Assembly (NCBI RefSeq): GCF_009914755.1
Contig: NC_060937.1
Direction: 5' to 3' (one strand)
From: the human T2T-CHM13v2.0 reference genome, Homo sapiens
DNA: 64,000 nt
Shown here: positions 1 to 14,123 of the stretch, piece by piece
Layout of the letters: every line of letters begins with the position of its first letter
Numbering within the stretch: position 1 is the first letter of the stretch
Notes under the pieces: model-generated
What the model saw: only the letters and a program-made list of their open reading frames with translations
Databases searched by the model: none
Told to the model about the DNA's origin: nothing
Program-made: the position numbers and the translations under genes

Positions 1-3000
1 CAAAGTTCACAAACTATATATTATATACTGTACATAAAATATCAAAGTACCCAAGGTATATATTCTATACTGTACAAAAAATATCAAAGTACCCAAAGCA
101 TGTAGTATATACTGTACATAAAATATCAAAGTACCCCAAATATATATTATATACTCTACATGAAATATCAAAGTTCACAAACTATATATTATATACTGTA
201 CATAAAATATCAAAGTACCCAAGGTATATATTCTATACTGTACAAAAAATATCAAAGTACACAAAGCATGTATTATATACTGTATATAAAATATGAAAGT
301 ACATCAAATATATATTTTATTCTGTACATAAAATATCAAAGTACACCAGATATATATTCTATAGTGTACATAAAATAACAAAGTACACAAACTATAAATT
401 ATATACTGTACATAAAATATGAAATTACATCAAATATATATTAGGTACATAAAATATGAATGTACATCAAATATAGATTATATACTGTACATATAATATC
501 AATGTACTCCAAATATATATTTTATACTCTACATGAAACATCAAAGTTCACAAACCATATATTTTATACTGTACATAAAATATCAAAGTACCCAAGGTAT
601 ATATTCTATACTGTACAAAAAATATCAAAGTACCCAAAGCATATATTATATACTGTACATAAAATATGAAAGTACATCAAATATATATTTTATTCCGTAC
701 ATAAAATATCAAAGTACACCAGATATATATTCTATAGTGTACATAAAATATCAAAGTACCCAAACTATACATTATATACTGTACATAAAATATGAAATTA
801 CATCAAATATATATTATATTAGGTACATAAAATATGAAAGTACATCAAATATAGATTATATACTGTACATAAAATATCAAAGTACCCCAAATATATATTA
901 TATACTCTACATGAAATATCAAAGTTCACAAACTATATATTATATACTGTACATAAAATATAAAAGTACCCAAGGCATATATTCTATACTGTACAAAAAA
1001 TATCAAAGTACCCAAAGCATGTATTATATACTGTATATAAAATATGAAAGTACATCAAATACATATTTTATTCTGTACATAAAATATCAAAGTACACAGA
1101 TATATATTCTATAGTGTACATAAAATAACAAAGTACACAAACTATAAATTATATACTGTACATAAAATATGAAATTACATCAAATATATATTAGGTACAT
1201 AAAATATGAAAGTACATCAAATATAGATTATATACTGTACATAAAATATCAAAGTACCCCAAATATATATTATATACTCTACATGAAATATCAAAGTTCA
1301 CAAACTATATATTATATACTGTACATAAAATATCAAAGTACCCAAGGTATATATTCTATACTGTACAAAAAATATCAAAGTACCCAAAGCATGTATTTTA
1401 TACTGTACATAAAATATGAAAGTACATCAAATACATATTTTATTCTGTACATAAAATATCAAAGTACACCAGATATATATTCTATAGTGTACATAAAATA
1501 ACAAAGTACACAAACTATACATTATATACTGTACATAAAATATGAAATTACATCAAATATATATTAGGTACATAAAATATGAAAGTACATCAAATATACG
1601 TTATATACTGTACATAAAATATCAAACTACCCCAAATATATATTATATACTCTACATGAAATATCAAAGTTCACAAACTATATATTATATACTGAACATA
1701 AAATATCAAAGTACCCAAAGTATATATTCTATACTGTACAAAAAATATCAAAGTACCCAAAGCATGTATTATATACTGTATATAAAATATGAAAGTACAT
1801 CAAATATATATTTTATTCTGTACATAAAATATCAAAGTACACCAGATATATATTCTATAGTGTACATAAAATAACAAAGTACACAAACTATAAATTATAT
1901 ACTGTACATAAAATATGAAATTACATCAAATATATATTAGGTACATAAAATATGAAAGTACATCAAATATAGATTATATACTGTACATATAATATCAATG
2001 TACCCCAAATATATATTTTATACTCTACATGAAATATCCAAGTTCACAAACCATATATTATATACTGTACATAAAATATCAAAGTACCCAAGGTATATAT
2101 TCTATACTGTACAAAAAATATCAAAGTACCCAAAGCATGTATAATATACTGTACATAAAATATGAAAGTACATCAAATATATATTTTATTCTGTACATAA
2201 AATATCAAAGTACACCAGACATATATTCTATAGTGTACATAAAATATCAAAAGTACCCAAACTATACATTATACACTGTACATAAAATATGAAATTTCAT
2301 CAAATATATATTATATTAGGTACATAAAATATGAAAGTTCATCAAATATAGATTATATCCTGTACATTAAATACCAAAGTACCCCAAATATATATTTTAT
2401 ACTCTACATGAAATATCAAAGTTCACAACCATATATTATATACTTTACATAAAATATCAAGGTACCCAAGGTATATATTCTATACTGTACAAAAAATATC
2501 AAACTACCCAAAGCATGTATTATATACTGTACATAAAATATGAAAGTACATCAAATATATATTTTATTCTATACATAAAATATCAAAATACCCCAGATAT
2601 ATATTCTATAGTGTACATAAAATATCAAAGTACCCAAACTATACATTATATACTGTACATAAAATATGAGATTACATCAAATATATACTATATTAGGTAC
2701 ATAAAATATGAAAGTACATCAGATATAGATTATATACTGTACATAAAATATCAAAGTACCCCAAATATATATTATATACTGTACATGAAATATCAAAGTT
2801 CACAAACTATATATTATATACTGTACATAAAATATCAAAGTACCCAAGGTATATATTCTATACTGTACAAAAAATATCAAAGTACACAAAGCATGTAGTA
2901 TATACTGTACATAAAATATCAAAGTACCCCAAATATATATTATTTATTCTCTACATGAAATATCAAAGTTCACAAACTATATATTATATACTGTACATAA

Positions 3001-6000
3001 AATATCAAAGTACCCAAGGTATATATTCTATACTGTACAAAAAATATCAAAGTACACAAAGCATGTATTATATACTGTACATAAAATATGAAAGTACATC
3101 AAATATATATTTTATTCTGTACATAAAATATCAAAGTACACCAGATATATATTCTATAGTGTACATAAAATAACAAAGTACACAAACTATACATTATATA
3201 CTGTATATAAAATATGAAATTACATCAAATATATATTAGGTACATAAAATATGAAAGTACATCAAATATAGGTTATATACTGTACATAAAATATCAAACT
3301 ACCCCAAATATATATTATATACTCTACATGAAATATCAAAGTTCACAAACCATATATTATATACTGTACATAAAATATCAAAGTACCCAAGGTATATATT
3401 CTATACTGTACAAAAAATATCAAAGTACCCAAAGCATGTATTATATACTGTACATAAAATATGAGAGTACATCAAATATATATTTTATTCTGTACATAAA
3501 ATATCAAAGTACACCAGATTTATATTCTATAGTGTACATAAAATAACAAAGTACAAAAACTATAAATTATATACTGTACATAAAATATGAAATTACATCA
3601 AATACATATTAGGTACATAAAATATGAAAGTACATCAAATATAGATTATATACTGTACATAAAATATCAATGTACCCCAAATATATATTTTATACTCTAC
3701 ATGAAGTATCAAAGTTCACAAACCATATATTATATACTGTACATAAAATATCAAAGTAACCAAGGTATATATTCTATACTGTACAAAAAATACCAAAGTA
3801 CCCAAAGCATGTATTATATAATGTACATAACATATGAAAGTACATCAAATATATATTTTATTCTGTACATGAAATATCAAAGTACACCAGATATATATTC
3901 TATAGTGTACATAAAATATCACAGTACCCAAACTATACATTATATACTGTACATAAAATATGAAATTACATCAAATATATATTATATTAGGTACATAAAA
4001 TATGAAAGAACATCAAATGTAGATTATATACTGTACATAAAATATCAAAGTACCCCAAATATATATTATATACTCTACATGAAATATCAAAGTTCACAAA
4101 CCATATATTATATACTGTACATAAAATATCAAAGTACCCAAGGTATATATTCTATAATGTACAAAAAATATCAAAGTAACCAAAGCGTGTATTATATACT
4201 GTATATAAAATATGAAATTACATCAAATATATATTAGGTACATAAAATATGAAAGTACAACAAATATAGATTATATACTGTACTTAAAATATCAAAGTAC
4301 CCCAAATATATATTATATACTGTACATGAAATATCAAAGTTCACAAACTATATATTATATACTGTACATAAAATATCAAAGTACCCAAGGTATATATTCT
4401 ATACTGTACAAAAAATATCAAAGTACCCAAAGCACGTATTATATACTGTACATAAAATATGAAAGTACATCAAATATATATTTTATTCTGTACATAAAAT
4501 ATCAAAGTACACCAGATATATATTCTATAGTGTACATAAAATAACAAAGTACACAAACTATAAATTATATACTGTACATAAAATATGAAATTACATCAAA
4601 TATATATTAGGTACATAAAATATGAAAGTACATCAAACATAGATTATATACTGTACATGAAATATCAATGTAACCCAAATATATATTATATACTCTACAT
4701 GAAATATCAAAGTTCACAAACCGTATATTATATACTGTACGTAAAATATCAAAGTACCCAAGGTATATATTCTATATTGTACAAAAAATATCAAAGTACC
4801 CATAGCATGTATTATATACTGTACATAAAATATGAAAGTACATCAAATATATATTTTATTCTGTACATAAAATATCAAAGTACACCAGATATATATTCTA
4901 TAGGATACATAAAATATCAAATTACCCAAACTATAAATTATATAATTTACATAAAATATGAAATTACATCAAATATATATTAGGTACATAAAATATGAAA
5001 GTACATCAAATATAGATTATATGCTGTACATAAAATATCAAAGTACCCCAAATATATATTATATACTGTACATGAAATATCAAAGTTCACAAACTATATA
5101 TTATATACTGTACATAAAATATCAAAGTACCCAAGGTATATATTCTATACTTTACAAAAAATATCAAAGTACCCAAAGCATGTATTATATACTGTACATA
5201 AAATATGAAAGTACATCAAATATATATTTCATTCTGTACATAAAATATCAAAGTACACCAGATATATATTCTATAGTGTACATAAAATATCAAAGTACCC
5301 AAACTATACATTATATACTGTACATAAAATATGAAATTACATCAAATATATATTATATTAGGTACATAAAATATGAAAGTACATCAAATATGGTTTATAT
5401 ACTGTACATTAAATACCAAATTACTCCAAATATATATTTTATACTGTACATGAAATATCAAAGTTCACAAACTATATATTATATACTGTACATAAAATAT
5501 CAAAGTACCCAAGGTATATATTCTATACTGTACAAAAAATATCAAAGTACCCAAAGCATGTATTATATACTGTATATAAAATATGAAAGTACATCAAATA
5601 TATATTTTATTCTGTACATAAAATATCAAAGTACACCAGATATATATTCTATAGTGTACATAAAATAAGAAAGTACACAAACTATAAATTATATACTGTC
5701 CATAAAATATGAAATTACATCAAATATATATTAGGTACCTAAAATATGAAAGTACATCAAATATAGCTTATATACTGTACATAAAATATCAATGTACCCC
5801 AAATATATATTTTATACTCGACATGAAATATCAAAGTTCACAAACCATATATTATATACTGTACATAAAATATCAAAGTACCCAAGGTATATATTCTATA
5901 CTGTACAAAAAATATCAAAGTACCCAAAGCATGTATTATATACTGTACATAAAATATGAAAGTACATCAAATATATATTTTATTCTGTACATAAAATATC

Positions 6001-7261
6001 AAAGTACACCAGATATATATTCTATAGTGTACATAAAATATCATAGTACCCAAACAATACATTATATACTGTACATAAAATATGAAATTACATCAAATAT
6101 ATATTAGGTACATAAAATATGAAAGTACATCAAATATACATTATATACTGTACATAAAATAACAAAGTACCCCAAATATATATTATATACTCTACATGAA
6201 ATATCAAAGTTCACAAACTATATATTATATACTATACATAAAATATCAAAGTACCCAAGGTATATATTCTATACTGTACAAAAAATATCAAAGTACCCAA
6301 AGCATGTATTATATACTGTACATAAAATATGAAAGTACATCAAATATATATTTTATTCTGTACATCAAATATCAAAGTACACCAGATATATATTCTATAG
6401 TGTACATAAAATAACAAAGTACACAAACTATAAATTATATACTGTATATAAAATATGAAATTACATCAAAAATATATTAGGTACATAAAATATGAAAGTA
6501 CATCAAATATAGATTATATACTGTACATAAAATATCAATGTACCCCAAATATATATTTTATACTCTACATGAAATATCAAAGTTCACAAACTATATATTA
6601 TATACTGTACATAAAATATCAAAATACCCAAGGTATATATTCTATACTGAACAAAAAATATCAAAGTACCCAAAGCATGTATTATATACTGTACATAAAA
6701 TATGAAAGTACATCAAATATATATCTTATTCTGTACATAAAATATCAATGTACACCAGATATATATTCTATAGTTTACATAAAATATCAAAGTACCCAAA
6801 CTATACATTATATACTGTACAGAAAATATGAAATTACAGCAAATATATATTATATTAGGTACATAAAATATGAAAGTACATCAAATATAGATTATATACT
6901 GTACATTAAATACCAAAGTAACCCAAATATATATTTTATACTGTACATGAAATATCAAAGTTCACAAACCATATATTATATACTGTACATAAAATATCAA
7001 AGTACACAAGGTATATATTCTATACTGTACAAAAAATATCAAAGTACCCAAAGCATGTATTATAAACTGTACATAAAATATGAAAGTACATCAAATATAT
7101 ATTTTATTCTGTACATAAAATATCAAAGTACACCAGATATATATTCTACACTGTACATAAAATATCAAATTACCCAAACTATACATTATATACTGTACAT
7201 AAAATATAAGATTACATCAAATATATATTATATTAGGTACATAAAATATGAAAGTACATCA
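1..7261 (+). repeat. HOR subfamily A block 1
   Basis: Monomer 5 reads ACACCAGAT. Frequent 5-bp-deleted monomer 7 (AAATATATATTAGGTAC, 373-bp HOR), AAAATAACAAAG in monomer 6, CTCTACATG and CAATGTACCCC variants. Last CCAGAT at about 7133. Confidence 0.85.
7073..7261 (+). repeat. 189-bp direct repeat, left copy (right copy 11733-11921)
   Basis: Both copies carry the same rare variants TTCTACACTG, CAAATTACCC and AAAATATAAGATT. Offset 4660. Confidence 0.85.
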
Positions 7262-10200
7262 AATATAAATTATATACTGTACATAAAATACCAAAGTACC
7301 CCAAATATATATTATATACTGTACATGAAATATCAAAGTTCACAAACTATATATTCTATAGTGTACATAAAATATCAAAGTACCCAAGGTATATATTCTA
7401 TACTGTACAAAAAATATGAAAGTACCCAAAGCATGTATTATATAGTGTATATAAAATATGAAAGTACATCAAATATATATTTAATTCTATACATAAAATA
7501 TCAAAGTACACCAAATATATATTCTATACTGTACATAAAATATCAAAGTACCCAAACTATACATTATATACTGTACATAAAATATGAAATTACATCAAAT
7601 ATATATTATATTAGGTACATAAAATATGAAAGTACATCAAATATATATTATATACTGTACATAAAATACCAAAGTACCCCAAATACATATTATATACTGT
7701 ACATGAAATATCAAAGTTCACAAACTATATATTATATACCGTATATAAAATATCAAAGTACCGAAGGGATATATTCTATACTGTACAAAAAATATCAAAG
7801 TACCCAAAGCATGTATTATATACTGTACATAAAATATGAAAGTACATCAAATATATATTTTATTCTGTACATAAAATATCAAAGTACACCAAATATATAT
7901 TCTATAGTGTACATAAAATATCAAAGTACCCAGACTATACATTATATACTGTACATAAAACATGAAATTACATCCAATATATATTATATTAGGTACATAA
8001 AATATGAAAGTACATCAAATATAAATTATATACTGTACTTAAAATACCAAAGAACCCCAAATATATATTATATACTGTACATGAAATATCAAAGATCACA
8101 AACTATATGTTATATACTGTACATAAAATATCAAAGTACCCAAGGTATATATTCTATACTGTACAAAAAATATCAAAGTACCCAAAGCATGTATTATGTA
8201 GTGTATATAAAATATGAAAGTACATCAAATATATATTTAATTCTGTACATAAAATATCAAAGTACACCAAATATATATTCTATACTGTACATAAAATATC
8301 AAAGTACCCAAACTATACATTATATACTGTACATAAAATATGAAATTACATCAAATATATATTATATTAGGTACATAAAATATGAAAGTACATCAAATAT
8401 AGATTATACACTGTACATAAAATACCAAAGAACCCCAAATATATATTATATACTGTACATGAAATATCAAAGTTCACAAACCATATATTATATACTGTAC
8501 ATAAAATATCAAAGTACCCAAGGTATATATTCTATACTGTACAAAAAATATCAAAGTACCCAAAGCATGTATTATATAGTGTTCATAAAATATGAAAGTA
8601 CATCAAATATATATTTTATTCTGTACATAAAATATCAAAGTACACCAAATATATATTCTATAGTGTACATAAAATATCAAAGTACCCAAACTATACATTA
8701 TATACTGTACATAAAATATGAAATTACATCAAATATGTATTATATTAGGTACATAAAATATGAAAGTACATCAAATATATATTATATACTGTACATAAAA
8801 TACCAAAGTACCCCAAATACATATTATATACTGTACATGAAATATCAAAGTTCACAAACTATATATTATATACTGTACATAAAATATCAAAGTACCCAAG
8901 GTATATATTCTATACTGTACAAAAAATATCAAAGTACCCAAAGCATGTATTATATAGTGTATATAAAATATGAAAGTACATCAAATATATATTTAATTCT
9001 GTACATAAAATATCAAAGTACACCAAATATATATTCTATACTGTACATAAAATATCAAAGTACCCAAACTATACATTATATACTGTACATAAAATATGAA
9101 ATTACATCAAATATATATTATATTAGGTACATAAAATATGAAAGTACATCAAATATAGATTATACACTGTACATAAAATACCAAAGAACCCCAAATATAT
9201 ATTATATACTGTACATGAAATATCAAAGTTCACAAACTATATATTATATAATGTACATAAAATATCAAAGTACCCAAGGTATATATTCTATACTGTACAA
9301 AAAATATCAAAGTACCCAAAGCATGTATTATATACTGTACATAAAATATGAAATTACATCAAATATATATTATATTAGGTACATAAAATATGAAAGTACA
9401 TCAAATATATATTATATACTGTACATAAAATACCAAAGTACCCCAAATATATATTATATACTGTACATGAAATATCAAAGTTCACAAACTATATATTATA
9501 TACTGTACATAAAATATCAAAGTACCGAAGGGATATATTCTATACTGTACAAAAAATATCAAAGTACCCAAAGCATGTATTAGATACTGTACATAAAATA
9601 TGAAAGTATATGAAATATATATTTTATTCTGTACATAAAATATCAAAGTACTCCAAATATATATTCTATAGTGTACATAAAATATCAAAGTACCCAGACT
9701 ATACATTATATACTGTACATAAAACATGAAATTACATCCAATATATATTATATTTGGTACATAAAATATGAAAGTACATCAAATATAAATTATATACTGT
9801 ACATAAAATACCAAAGTACCCCAAATATATATTATATACTGTACATGAAATATCAAAGTTCACAAACTATATATTATATACTGTACATAAAATATCAAAG
9901 TACCCAAGGTATATATTCTATACTGTACAAAAAATATCAAAGTACCCAAAGCATGTATTATATAGTGTATATAAATATGAAAGTACATCAAATATATATT
10001 TAATTCTGTACATAAAATATCAAAGTACACCAAATATATATTCTATAGTGTACATTAAATATCAAAGTACCCAAACTATACATTATATACTGTACATAAA
10101 ATATGAAATTACATCAAATATATATTATATTAGGTACATAAAATATGAAAGTACATCAAATATATATTATATACTGTACATAAAATACCAAAGTACCCCA

Positions 10201-11732
10201 AATACATATTATATACTGTATATGAAATATCAAAGTTCACAAACTATATATTATATACTGTACATAAAATATCAAAGTACCGAAGGGATATATTCTATAC
10301 TGTACAAAAAATATCAAAGTACCCAAAGCATGTATTATATACTGTACATAAAATATGAAAGTACATGAAATATATATTTTATTCTGTACATAAAATATCA
10401 AAGTACACCAAATATATATTCTATAGTGTACATAAAATATCAAAGTACCCAGACTATACATTATCTACTGTACATAAAACATGAAATTACATCCAATATA
10501 AGTTATATTAGGTACATAAAATATGAAAGTACATCAAATATAAATTATATACTGTACTTAAAATACCAAAGAACCCCAAATATATATTATATACTGTACA
10601 TGAAATATCAAAGTTCACAAACTATATGTTATATACTGTACATAAAATATCAAAGTACCCAAGGTATATATTCTATACTGTACAAAAAATATCAAAGTAC
10701 CCAAAGCATGTATTATGTAGTGTATATAAAATATGAAAGTACATCAAATATATATTTAATTCTGTACATAAAATATCAAAGTACACCAAATATATATTCT
10801 ATACTGTACATAAAATATCAAAGTACCCAAACTATACATTATATACTGTACATAAATTATGAAATTACATCAAATATATATTATATTAGGTACATAAAAT
10901 ATGAAAGTACATCAAATATAGATTATACACTGTACATAAAATACCAAAGAACCCCAAATATATATTATATACTGTACATGAAATATCAAAGTTCACAAAC
11001 TATATATTGTATACTGTACATAAAATATCAAAGTACCCAAGGTATATATTCTATACTGTACAAAAAATATCAAAGTACCCAAAGCATGTATTATATAGTG
11101 TATATAAAATATGAAAGTACATCAAATATATATTTAATTCTGTACATAAAATATCAAAGTACACCAAATATATATTCTATACTGTACATAAAATATCAAA
11201 GTACCCAAACTATACATTATATAGTGTACATAAAATATGAAATTACATCAAATATATATTATATTAGGTACATAAAATATGAAAGTACATCAAATATAGA
11301 TTATACACTGTACATAAAATACCAAAGAACCCCAAATATATATTATATACTGTACATGAAATATCAAAGTTCACAAACTATATATTATATAATGTACATA
11401 AAATATCAAAGTACCCAAGGTATATATTCTATACTGTACAAAAAATATCAAAGTACGCAAACATGTATTATATACTGTACATAAAATATGAAATTACATC
11501 AAATATATATTATATTAGGTACATAAAATATGAAAGTACATCAAATATACATTATATACTGTACATAAAATACCAAAGTACCCCAAATATATATTATATA
11601 CTGTACATGAAATATCAAAGTTCACAAACTATATATTATATACTGTACATAAAATATCAAAGTACCCAAGGTATATATTCTATACTGCACAAAAAATATC
11701 AAAGTACCCAAAGCATGTATTATATACTGTAT
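7262..11732 (+). repeat. HOR subfamily B island embedded in subfamily A
   Basis: Monomer 5 reads ACACCAAAT throughout, with no 373-bp units. AAATACCAAAG, TTTAATTC and CCAAAGAACCCC variants resemble the 45-64 kb region. Confidence 0.85.
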
Positions 11733-11921
11733 ATAAAATATGAAAGTACATCAAATATATATTTTATTCTGTACATAAAATATCAAAGTACACCAGATAT
11801 ATATTCTACACTGTACATAAAATATCAAATTACCCAAACTATACATTATATACTGTACATAAAATATAAGATTACATCAAATATATATTATATTAGGTAC
11901 ATAAAATATGAAAGTACATCA
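11733..11921 (+). repeat. 189-bp direct repeat, right copy (left copy 7073-7261)
   Basis: Identical by eye to 7073-7261. Flanking bases differ on both sides. Confidence 0.85.
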
Positions 11922-13155
11922 GATATAGATTATATACTGTACATAAAATATCAAAGTACCCCAAATATATATTATATACTCTACATGAAATATCAAAGTT
12001 GGCAAACTATATATTATATACTGTACATAAAATATCAAAGTACCCAAGGTATATATTCTATACTGTACAAAAAATATCAAAGTTCCCAAAGCATGTATTA
12101 TATACTGTACATAAAATATGAAAGTACATCAAGTATATATTTTATTCTGTACATAAAATATCAAAGTACACCAGATATATATTCTATAGTGTACATAAAA
12201 TAACAAAGTACACAAACTATACATTATATACTGTACATAAAATATGAAATTACATCAAATATATATTAGGTACATAAAATATGAAAGTACATCAAATATA
12301 GATTATATACTGTACATAAAATATCAAAGTACCCCAAATATATATTATATACTCTACATGAAATATCAAAGTTCACAAACCATATATTATAAACTGTACA
12401 TAAAATATAAAAGTACCCAAGGTATATATTCTATACTGTACAAAAAATATCAAAGTACCCAAAGCATGTATTATATACTGTATATAAAATATGAAAGTAC
12501 ATTAAATACATATTTTTTTCTGTACAAAAAATATCAAAGTACACCAGATATATATTCTATAGTGTACATAAAATAACAAAGTACACAAACTATAAATTAT
12601 ATACTGTACATAAAATATGAAATTACATCAAATATATATTAGGTACATAAAATATGAAAGTACATCAAATATAGATTATATACTGTACATAAAATATCAA
12701 TGTACCCGAAATATATATTTTATACTCTACATGAAATATCAAAGTTCACAAACCATATATTATATACTGTACATAAAATATCAAAGTACACAAGGTATAT
12801 ATTCTATACTATACAAAAAATATCAAAGTACCCAAAGCATGTATTATATACTGTACATAAAATATGAAAGTACATCAAATATATATTTAATTCTGTACAT
12901 AAAATATCAAAGTACACCAGATATATATTCTATAGTGTACATAAAATATCAAAGTACCCAAACTATACATTATATACTGTACATAAAATATGAGATTACA
13001 TCAAATATATATTATATTAGGTACATAAAATATGAAAGTACATCAGATATAGATTATATACTGTACATAAAATATCAAAGTACCCCAAATATGTATTATA
13101 TACTCTACATGAAATATCAAAGTTCGCAAACCATATATTATATACTGTACATAAT

Positions 13156-14123
13156 ATATCAAAGTACCCAAGGTATATATTCTATACTGTACAAAAAATA
13201 TCAAAGTACCCAAAGCATGTATTATATACTGTACATAAAATATGAAAATACATTAAATATATATTTTATTCTGTACATAAAATATCAAAGTACTCCAGAT
13301 ATATATTCTATAGTGTACATAAAATAACAAAGTACACAAAGTATAAATTATATACTGTACGTAAAATATGAAATTACATCAAATATATATTAGGTACATA
13401 AAATATGAAAGTACGTCAAATATAGATTATATACTGTACATATAATATCAATGTACCCCAAATATATATTTTATACTCTACATGAAATATCAAAGTTCAC
13501 AAACCATACATTATATACTGTACATAAAATATCAAAGTACCCAAGGTATATATTCTATACTGTACAAAAAATATCAAAGTACCCAAAGCATGTATTATAT
13601 ACTGTATATAAAATATGAAAGTATATCAAATATATATTTTATTCTGTACATAAAATATCAAAGTACACCAGATATATATTCTACAGTCTACATAAAATAT
13701 CAAAGTACCCAAACTATACATTATATACTGTACATAAAATATGAAATTACATCAAATATATATTAGGTACATAAAATATGAAAGTACATCAAATATAGAT
13801 TATATACTGTACATAAAATATCAAAGTACCCCAAATATATATTATATACTGTACATGAAATATCAAAGTTCACAAACTATATATTATATACTGTACATAA
13901 AATATCAAAGTACCCAAGGTATATATTCTATACTGTACAAAAAATATCAAAGTACCCAAAGCATGTAGTATATACTGTACATAAAATATCAAAGTACCCC
14001 AAATATATATTATATACTCTACATGAAATATCAAAGTTCACAAACTATATATTATATACTGTACATAAAATATCAAAGTACCCAAGTTATATATTCTATA
14101 CTGTACAAAAAATATCAAAGTAC
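13156..14123 (+). repeat. About 0.97-kb duplication (second copy about 17115-18082)
   Basis: ORFs 13482/17441 and 13741/17700 are identical, offset 3959. Shared GAAAATACATTAAA, TACAGTCTAC and CAAGTTATA variants. Confidence 0.85.

Noticed and set aside
6455-9583. 1042-aa ORF and other long + strand Y/I/K-rich ORFs (e.g. 46027-47535, 50992-53151, 54772-56487, 57384-58976)
   Set aside because: The monomer (42) and HOR (378) lengths are multiples of 3 and one frame of the consensus lacks stops. ORF ends coincide with random SNPs and 1-, 2- or 5-bp indels that are freely amplified. There is no unique domain, promoter or splice context, and no sign of coding constraint.
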